A stretch of 64,000 nt of DNA. Origin: Campylobacterota bacterium (GTDB taxonomy: Bacteria; Campylobacterota; Campylobacteria; Campylobacterales; Arcobacteraceae). Position 1 is the stretch's first letter. Every line of letters starts with the position of its first letter. The DNA lies in assembly GCA_034660335.1 (NCBI GenBank), contig JAYEJC010000113.1, positions 13,731 through 77,730 of the forward strand. Direction: 5' to 3'. The position numbers were made by a program, and so were the translations under genes. Of this stretch, positions 57,240 to 64,000 are shown in pieces. A model generated the notes under the pieces. That model ran no database searches, was not told the origin of the DNA, and saw nothing but the letters and a program-made list of their open reading frames with translations.

Positions 57240-59264
57240 CTATATATACCATTTTTTAAGATTTAGATTTTCTATACATATTATAAAATCATTATATATA
57301 GGAAATGTCTGAAGAGTTTTTTTATCTTTTTTTATCTCAAATTTAAAATCTATCTTTTCATCTTTTTTTTGAAGTGGTATTTTTATCTCTGCTTTTAAAT
57401 TTGTATAAAAAATCTCATAATCTTTTATATCTTTATTGTCTAATTTTATATCTATTCTTTTATTATCTGAAAAATCACCCTCAAATAAAAATGAAATAGA
57501 ATCACTATCATACCCATATAGAACTTTTGTAACAATATTATTTGTAGAGTCCATCACACTAAACTCTTTTGTTATATCTATCTGTCCACAATCAAGCCAC
57601 TCAAAATAATCACTTTTTATACCATCAACTGTAGGTGTGATAAAACTCTTTGGTTTAGTGTGAAAGTTACTGTTTTGGGTATCTTGCACTATAGGTATAA
57701 GTATCTGTGAGGGGGTATTTATATTCATAAAGTTGTAGATATTTATAAGATGTTTCCTAAAAAGGTCATCAAACTCTTTTGCTTGAACTGTAAAGTGGTC
57801 ATCTCCATACCACCAAAACCAATCACTTCCAAGTGCTATCATAAACTCTTTTTCTATAAGCTCTTTTACTTCATCGTTTAGATGCTCTTTTTGTTTATCA
57901 TACTCTTGTTTAGTGATATCAAGAAGCTCCCAAGCTCTATTTTTCTCATCGCTTCCTATCCAGATATCAAAGTTACCATTGATCCAACTTCCTGATGAGA
58001 GATGTGAGATATCTACTTTTTTGATATCGCTATCACTTGATATCTCATCCATAGTGACACACTCTATCCAAGGTATATCTTCAAAATTCTTATATAATTC
58101 ATAAAAAAACTCTTGTGCATTGTTTGGAAAAAACTCCCAAGCATTTTCACCATCAAGTATCACATTTACTAAAGGGTTGAAATCACAAGAATCATAGATA
58201 TTTTTTAGATGAACTACAAACTCATCTGCACTTTGTTTTGCATCTTTTTGACTATACTCAAACCCTATAGCATCACTTAGAAAATGGTCTCTAAATCTTA
58301 CATCTATAGAGTTTTCATTTGTTTTTAGAGTATAGTTTTTATAGATATTTGTTTTATCTCTATCATTTAGTGTTTTAAAGAGTATCTCCTCATCACTACA
58401 AAACCATCTTAAAGAGTTTGAGCTAAATAGCTCTGCTGTTTTTTGACTAACACTCCCCTCAGCTGGCCAAAAACCTGTAGGTTTCACTCCAAAGTTTTCT
58501 TCAAAGTAAGCTATAGCATCTCTTGTATTTCTTTCCCCTAACTCTTTAAAACTACTTTGAGTATTTGGAATAGTTACATCAGCTCTTGCCTCTTTTGCAC
58601 TATTGATATCTAAAAGTAAAGGAGTGATAGGATGATAGTATGGAGTAGTACAAAGTGTGATTTTATCTTTATCGTTTAACTCTTTATAGTACTTTAGAAT
58701 TGTGGGTAAAAATTCTGTAAGAGATTCTAGAAGTTTAAGCTTTTCATTGTGTGTATAAACTCTTTGTTTGTTTATAAGGTTTTTCACTATTGTATTACTT
58801 TCCCTTAGATAGTTTCCACACCAAGATAATAAAAACAACACTTGAGTATCTAAAATCTCTTGATATTCAAACTCTTTTAAGCTATTGTGAGTTTTATATT
58901 TTAGATAAAGCTCATAATATCTCTTAAGAGGTTTTATCATATTTTTTTCATTTGATAAAAAAAGATAATGCTCTAAGATAGCCATATCTTCACTATTTAA
59001 AGTTCTTATATCTTTTTTTATAGTCTCCAGCAACTTATCGTTTGCACTATTATTTATATACGATTTTATCTGCTCAATAAGTGATGGTACGAGATTATAT
59101 GTAGCTTTTATACCATCAAATTCTCTAGCATACCAAGGGATATCATAGTAGTCTTTCAAACAGTGTAAAAATACCCAAGGCATCATAGTAGATGAGTTTT
59201 TATCATCTTTATAATAAGGCTGGTGCATATGCCATAAAAAGGCTAATTTTAGTTTTTTGTCCAT
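57240..59264 (-). CDS. glycoside hydrolase family 57 protein (alpha-glucan processing)
   Basis: GH57 N-terminal signatures WHMHQPYY and GFWPAEGSVS are present, together with DGENAWE and WFWWYG. Length is 674 aa. Confidence 0.8.
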   Translation of the reverse strand: MDKKLKLAFLWHMHQPYYKDDKNSSTMMPWVFLHCLKDYYDIPWYAREFDGIKATYNLVPSLIEQIKSYINNSANDKLLETIKKDIRTLNSEDMAILEHYLFLSNEKNMIKPLKRYYELYLKYKTHNSLKEFEYQEILDTQVLFLLSWCGNYLRESNTIVKNLINKQRVYTHNEKLKLLESLTEFLPTILKYYKELNDKDKITLCTTPYYHPITPLLLDINSAKEARADVTIPNTQSSFKELGERNTRDAIAYFEENFGVKPTGFWPAEGSVSQKTAELFSSNSLRWFCSDEEILFKTLNDRDKTNIYKNYTLKTNENSIDVRFRDHFLSDAIGFEYSQKDAKQSADEFVVHLKNIYDSCDFNPLVNVILDGENAWEFFPNNAQEFFYELYKNFEDIPWIECVTMDEISSDSDIKKVDISHLSSGSWINGNFDIWIGSDEKNRAWELLDITKQEYDKQKEHLNDEVKELIEKEFMIALGSDWFWWYGDDHFTVQAKEFDDLFRKHLINIYNFMNINTPSQILIPIVQDTQNSNFHTKPKSFITPTVDGIKSDYFEWLDCGQIDITKEFSVMDSTNNIVTKVLYGYDSDSISFLFEGDFSDNKRIDIKLDNKDIKDYEIFYTNLKAEIKIPLQKKDEKIDFKFEIKKDKKTLQTFPIYNDFIICIENLNLKKWYI

Positions 59265-59378
59265 AAGTGAATTGTACTGAAGTGATGTTTCAATTTGATT
59301 ACAAGGTTTTAAACAATATTTACAACTAAAAAAGCTCGGATAATGGTGATTGTAGCCTAGTTTCTCTTTTGTGCTTTG

Positions 59379-59624
59379 TTATATAGTTGCTACTTTAGAG
59401 TTTAATTCTTGTAATCTTTGAGCTATCCACATTTTTATGACTGCTTGTCTGCTTACTCCAATATGCTTTGCTTCTTTGTCTAATGATTTAACCATCCAAG
59501 ATGGAAAATCAATATTTATTCTTTTGGGTTCTTCATTTATCATTCTTATTTTTGATGTATCGAAATATTCTAATATATCTTCTTTATTATCACCAAATTT
59601 TTTATCTATTTCTAATGCTTTCAT
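59379..59624 (-). CDS. brnA: BrnA antitoxin (CopG/RHH-like)
   Basis: RINIDFPSWMVKSLDKEAKHIGVSRQAVIKMWIAQRL is the typical BrnA C-terminus. Confidence 0.75.
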   Translation of the reverse strand: MKALEIDKKFGDNKEDILEYFDTSKIRMINEEPKRINIDFPSWMVKSLDKEAKHIGVSRQAVIKMWIAQRLQELNSKVATI

Positions 59625-59775
59625 AAAGTTTTATCTCTTTTTCTCTTGATCTTCTTACGGAAATTATTCTAATATTAGGTATTCTATAAGTAATTATTGC
59701 TGTATAATTTTTAGAATTAATTTGACCTAATACTAAAAATCTTTTCTCCTAGGTTTTGTTGTATGTTTCACTACT
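59602..59775 (-). pseudogene. 5'-truncated brnT (DUF497) toxin remnant with an in-frame stop
   Basis: The minus-strand frame reads SSETYNKT*EKRFLVLGQINSKNYTAIITYRIPNIRIISVRRSREKEIKLYESIRNR*. This is the BrnT C-terminal core (E.RF..LG ... IRIIS.R). The roughly 45 N-terminal residues are missing, and the Fic gene stop lies 12 nt upstream. Confidence 0.55.
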
Positions 59776-59786
59776 TCAATGCTCGA

Positions 59787-60581
59787 TTATTTTCTAAAGT
59801 TACTCTCGTTTTCTCTCGATTGTTCTATCTCTACAATCATCTCAATAACTTTTTTATAACTGTTGATAAAATACTTTTTAAATAAAGTATAATTACCAGT
59901 TTCATAGTAAGTTACTATAGATTTTAAATACTCTTTTACACTCTCTTCATCTGGGATATATATCATATTTAATGTATCTTTTAAAACTACATTTAACATT
60001 AGTCTTGCAGTTCTTTTATTACAATCAGTAAAGTATTGAAGATATGCTAAATTATTATGAATATACAATGCTTTATTAAATGGATTTTCTATAGTATCAC
60101 TTATTTTAAATAGATAATTTAATTCATCATCAAGTTTTTCTTTTGTAGCCAATGGAATATAGTTACATCCTAAAATAGTAACTTCACTATCTCTTGGGGT
60201 CGCTCTTTTATTTTCAGGTATCATCTCAGCAGATAAAATATAGTGTAAATCTTTTAAAGTTTGTTTAGATGGTTTTAAATCTTGTGTTATAAATATTTCA
60301 TAAGCATCTCGAAGATTTAAAATCATTTTAGCATCACTATATTTTTTTCCACCTGCTGTTCTTCCGTATTGTATCAAAGCTTGAGTGTCTAGCTTATCAT
60401 AAGTATTACCCTCAATAAGTGCAGATGTATGGATAAAATCTAATCCAAATTTATCTATATAACTTTTATTGTTCAAAAACTTTTCTAATGAAACTTTTTG
60501 ATTTAATTCTTCTAAAAGTTTCATCTCATTTGGTGTAAATATATCTGTATTATCTAAATAATTAGGATTGTAAGTTATCAT
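59787..60581 (-). CDS. Fic/DOC family protein, class II layout, with degenerate active-site motif
   Basis: The N-terminal inhibitory-helix motif is SALIEG, matching (S/T)xxxE(G/N). The Fic-motif position reads QYFTDCNKRTAR instead of HPFx(D/E)GNGRxxR. Confidence 0.75.
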   Translation of the reverse strand: MITYNPNYLDNTDIFTPNEMKLLEELNQKVSLEKFLNNKSYIDKFGLDFIHTSALIEGNTYDKLDTQALIQYGRTAGGKKYSDAKMILNLRDAYEIFITQDLKPSKQTLKDLHYILSAEMIPENKRATPRDSEVTILGCNYIPLATKEKLDDELNYLFKISDTIENPFNKALYIHNNLAYLQYFTDCNKRTARLMLNVVLKDTLNMIYIPDEESVKEYLKSIVTYYETGNYTLFKKYFINSYKKVIEMIVEIEQSRENESNFRK

Positions 60582-60583
60582 TG

Positions 60584-61114
60584 TTAGTTCCTATTTTCTT
60601 CTTTATAGTTTTTCAAGTTTTCTTTTAGTTTAGTCATTTTATCTAAATCTATTTGAAGATTATCAAAAACTATTTTTTGAATTTTTTTATCAGTATCATT
60701 AATAATTGGTACTCTTTTTTTAAAATCATCTATACTGATAAAGCGTTTATACTTAGTTTCATCTCTTGCCATTAAAATTCTATTTATTAATACATCTCCA
60801 ATATCTAATGATTCTAATCCTAAAGCCAAACGCGTTACTCTTTTCTTTAACCAATCATTATTTAATTCTTTATTTTGAACTTTAACAAAAGTAGCTTGTT
60901 TTTGAGATATATTAATATTTGGTTCAATTATTTTTAATCCTAAATTTTTAGCATTATCTTTTTTTAATACAGTTTGCTTACCAATATTTAAATCAATAAA
61001 TTTTAGTTTTAATTTATCATGAAATTTAATAGTTTTATTCTTGACTTTTTTAATTTGTTTTTGATAATTTATAGCATTATAGCTAAAGATTGATTTAATG
61101 TTTATTTTATTCAT
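60584..61114 (-). CDS. hypothetical Lys/Asn-rich protein (176 aa)
   Basis: It lies 2 nt upstream of the Fic gene on the same strand. No motif was recognised. Confidence 0.5.
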   Translation of the reverse strand: MNKINIKSIFSYNAINYQKQIKKVKNKTIKFHDKLKLKFIDLNIGKQTVLKKDNAKNLGLKIIEPNINISQKQATFVKVQNKELNNDWLKKRVTRLALGLESLDIGDVLINRILMARDETKYKRFISIDDFKKRVPIINDTDKKIQKIVFDNLQIDLDKMTKLKENLKNYKEENRN

Positions 61115-61147
61115 ACAACGCCTGAAGTAAGCTACAAGGCGATAATT

Positions 61148-61618
61148 TTAAGTTAAATTTTCAACTTGCTCTATTAATCTTCCCATAGTTCTATCTGATT
61201 TTAGCTCAATAACATAAAGATTGCCATCCTTAAAGCCTAATATATCATTAACAATTCTTTTTTTATTTTCATCATAAACTGCCATTTCAGATGTAATAAA
61301 TTTAATTTCATCTCCACATGGTAGTATATAATTGTTTTTTATTGCATTTTGTATTATCCAAGATTGTAGTACCTTTTCTGGTGTTGCTCTTTTAGGTTTA
61401 TCTTTTTCTTTTAAGTCATTAATTTTTGATAATATCGTTTTTTCTGTTCTTATCGATGAAAATCCTAATTCAGGTTTATTTTTACTTATTGAAATTAATG
61501 ACATAGAATTAATACTACCTCTACATTTAAAGATGAATTTAAGTCCAAGTTTATACCAAATCAAATTATAACTAGCACTTAAATAGTTAGTTCTAATTTG
61601 ATTTGGTATTAGTTTCAT
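61148..61618 (-). CDS. small PD-(D/E)XK (NucS/DUF91/Shedu-like) nuclease-fold protein
   Basis: The motif string is PEKVLQSWIIQN...SEMAV...NDILGFKDGNLYVIELKSDR, that is E..D..ExK with the typical G.L.VIELK strand. The true start may be the internal M39 (MSLISISK). Confidence 0.5.
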   Translation of the reverse strand: MKLIPNQIRTNYLSASYNLIWYKLGLKFIFKCRGSINSMSLISISKNKPELGFSSIRTEKTILSKINDLKEKDKPKRATPEKVLQSWIIQNAIKNNYILPCGDEIKFITSEMAVYDENKKRIVNDILGFKDGNLYVIELKSDRTMGRLIEQVENLT

Positions 61619-61686
61619 CTTTTATGAATAATATCTATTTTTGGAGATACCCTAAATAATAATACAGTAGCACATCAAAAGATGTA

Positions 61687-64000
61687 CTACTCATTTATCC
61701 AATTTTCTATCTTATTTTGATAGTCCCAAAATATTTTGCTAGCGTTTTTTTCATCTTCTGCTTGTATGTATAAGTTTAGATAGTCACTATGCTCATCTGG
61801 TACCATTAAAATCCACTCATCTTCATTTATCCATGTTTTTATACCATCTATGTTGCTAGTATCTTTACCTTTTCCATCTTCTAGGAATTTTCTCATCATT
61901 TTACCTTTGTATTGGCTAGGGCATGGTAGATTTTCCCCTTTGAAAACAAAGCTAGGTATTAGTTTTAATACTTCAGATATTTTAAGATCAGCCTTATTTA
62001 TAAGCTCCAAAATCTTAAAACTAGCATAGATAGAGTCACTATTTAGACCAAACTCATTAAATGCAAAGTGTCCATCAGTTGATGCTATAAGTGCATATTC
62101 TTTTAAATCTTGAGCTTTTACACTACTTAGTTTTCCTCTTGTTATCACAAGATTTTTATACTCACAAAAATCAGGTGCCCAAGCTGGCAAAAATACTTTT
62201 GTATCTTTTTGTGATGTGATATCAAGAAGTTTTAAAACTGCTAAAAGAGCTTTGTAGTCATATACTAGTTTACCTTTATCATCAATCATTTGAAGTCTTT
62301 GACCATTTGGATAGACTAAAAATCCACAATCCAATCCCATAGCTTTTACTATATTTTCCATATTTTCTTGTGATTTGGTGATATTTGCATAAAGTTTTGA
62401 TAAGCTTTTATCATCTTTGTATGCATTTAAAACTACATTTTCAATCCCTAGCTCATTCATAATATTAGGATAAATATCAGAAGTTGAACCAAACATTATA
62501 TCAGTAGCTACTTTTAGTTCATTATCTTTAAATATATTTGTATCAAGATTAGATGTAACTGCATCTATATATCTTTGTTTGATATTGTTTTCCTCATCTA
62601 TCTCCCCTATTTCGTGTTGATTTACTCTTCTAAAGTTTTCTCGAAAAAATATTCTCTCAATAGATTTTGCTATTTTAGTGTCTATTGCCATACCATCACT
62701 TGTAAAAAGTATAATTTCAGTGTTTGTAGGGTCTTGAACTGATTGTCTAAAGTGGATACCCGCTGAGATATCTTCATTGTTTGATAAGCAGTGTCTCATC
62801 ACATTTGATGGGGCATTAAATATATCTATCACATCTATACCAGTTGCAAGAAGTCCTGAAAGAAATGCTCTTTTTAACATCCTAGAACTTTTATGATAAT
62901 CTCTTGAGATATATACTTTACTTCCAATTGGTAAAATAGAACCAAATGATTCAGCTAATTTTGTACTCATCTCAACTGAAAGCTCTATATTTGTTCTACC
63001 TGTTACTTTTCCATTCTCAAAAATAGATGATTTGTATTTTGTACCCCAAATAACATTGTTACTTACAACTGAGTTTGCATCTATGATTTTTTCTGGCCAC
63101 ATTATGATATCTTTTTCAAAAGATACTTTTTTACCTATTTCACATTTTTCAGCTACTATAACCCCTAAAGATGCTTTTACATCATCTTTGATTATATTGT
63201 CATTACATATGATAGAGTTGTTTATCTTTGTTTTTGAACCAATTGTTACATCATCCCAAACTACACTATTTTCAACTTCTGAGTGTTTTTTAATCTTTGT
63301 ATTTTTCCCTATGCAACTATTTGTTAGCGTAGCACCCTCTGAGATTTTCACACCTTTATCAATAACTACTGTACCATTTATTCTGATTTTTTCAGGTAGT
63401 TTTACCCCTTTTTCAAGATATACGACACCTTTGTCTATCTTTTGAGGTTCACCTTTTATAGGAAGTTTAATATCACCTTTAAATATATCTTGATAAACCT
63501 CTCTATAGCTTTGTGGATTACCAACATCTCTCCAATATCCATCTATACTACATCCCCATAGTGGTATATTATCTTTCATCAAAGTTGGAAACAGATCTTT
63601 TGCAAAATCAAAGTTTTCACCGTGTGGTATATACTTTAAAATTTCAGGCTCTATTACATAAATACCTGTATTGATTGTATCACTAAACACCTCGCCCCAG
63701 CTAGGTTTTTCTAAAAACTTCTCTATTCTATCATCTTCATTTGCTATAACTACACCAAATTGAAGTGGGTCTTCTACTCTTGTAAGTGTAATAGTTAGTT
63801 GTGATTTTTTCTTTTTGTGAAATTTTGCTATTTTTTTAAAATCAAAGTTTGTAACTAAATCTCCACTTACTATGATAAATGTATCATCTAAAAACTCTCT
63901 TGCAAAAGCAACAGCTCCAGCTGTACCATAGTCATCATCTGGTTGAACATATGTGATTTTCACACCTAGATCACTTCCATCACCAAAGTGGTTTTTGATA
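61687..64000 (-). CDS. bifunctional NDP-sugar pyrophosphorylase (nucleotidyltransferase plus LbH) / phosphohexomutase; N-terminus lies beyond the right edge
   Basis: The frame stays open to nt 64000 (…IKNHFGDGSDLGVKITYVQPDD). Nucleotidyltransferase motifs GTAGAV and SGDLV are followed by hexapeptide repeats. The C-terminal half is PGM/PMM-like. Confidence 0.85.
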   Translation of the reverse strand, partial: IKNHFGDGSDLGVKITYVQPDDDYGTAGAVAFAREFLDDTFIIVSGDLVTNFDFKKIAKFHKKKKSQLTITLTRVEDPLQFGVVIANEDDRIEKFLEKPSWGEVFSDTINTGIYVIEPEILKYIPHGENFDFAKDLFPTLMKDNIPLWGCSIDGYWRDVGNPQSYREVYQDIFKGDIKLPIKGEPQKIDKGVVYLEKGVKLPEKIRINGTVVIDKGVKISEGATLTNSCIGKNTKIKKHSEVENSVVWDDVTIGSKTKINNSIICNDNIIKDDVKASLGVIVAEKCEIGKKVSFEKDIIMWPEKIIDANSVVSNNVIWGTKYKSSIFENGKVTGRTNIELSVEMSTKLAESFGSILPIGSKVYISRDYHKSSRMLKRAFLSGLLATGIDVIDIFNAPSNVMRHCLSNNEDISAGIHFRQSVQDPTNTEIILFTSDGMAIDTKIAKSIERIFFRENFRRVNQHEIGEIDEENNIKQRYIDAVTSNLDTNIFKDNELKVATDIMFGSTSDIYPNIMNELGIENVVLNAYKDDKSLSKLYANITKSQENMENIVKAMGLDCGFLVYPNGQRLQMIDDKGKLVYDYKALLAVLKLLDITSQKDTKVFLPAWAPDFCEYKNLVITRGKLSSVKAQDLKEYALIASTDGHFAFNEFGLNSDSIYASFKILELINKADLKISEVLKLIPSFVFKGENLPCPSQYKGKMMRKFLEDGKGKDTSNIDGIKTWINEDEWILMVPDEHSDYLNLYIQAEDEKNASKIFWDYQNKIENWINE

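Overview
AT-rich bacterial chromosomal segment. By inference it is Campylobacterota, probably Arcobacter-group, based on a futalosine-pathway mqn gene, a short MurB, a Pif1/RecD-like helicase with C-terminal HTH, and the WRQPL H-box histidine kinase. Most of the window is housekeeping: pepD, trpE, glyA, malic enzyme, yebC, argJ, rpmB, ruvB, panB, trpA, tex, murB, a glgA/galT/GH57 glycogen cluster, tRNA-Glu and RNase P RNA. Accessory material is interleaved with it. This includes a complete Type III R-M system (2.5-7.4 kb) and a 4-gene LolA-like/MacB-type ABC/beta-barrel operon. It also includes a 1222-aa acidic lipoprotein with a beta-barrel partner, four toxin-antitoxin loci or remnants (brnTA twice, parE/phd, relE fragment, DUF4160/DUF2442), and a Fic / unknown / PD-(D/E)XK module. 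The most unusual signal is non-coding: three unrelated repeat families that bracket the accessory segments. (1) A modular, GC-rich, double-hairpin family built on the heptamer CCCATCG/CGATGGG (20.6 kb and 25.8-27.5 kb). It divides the DNA into small TA-type cassettes in an integron-like layout, but has no canonical attC boxes and no integrase in the window. (2) A 163-bp MITE-like element with about 22-bp terminal inverted repeats. Two full copies in inverted orientation bracket the ABC operon, and two derivative copies lie elsewhere. (3) A 254-bp element with 34-bp terminal inverted repeats next to the Type III R-M, with a solo terminus at 12.7 kb. A 69-bp direct duplication of the tRNA-Glu 3' end marks a degraded about 1-kb integrative islet. 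No CRISPR array, rRNA, transposase or integrase gene was seen. All functional calls rest on motif recognition by eye in the supplied translations; no database search was run.
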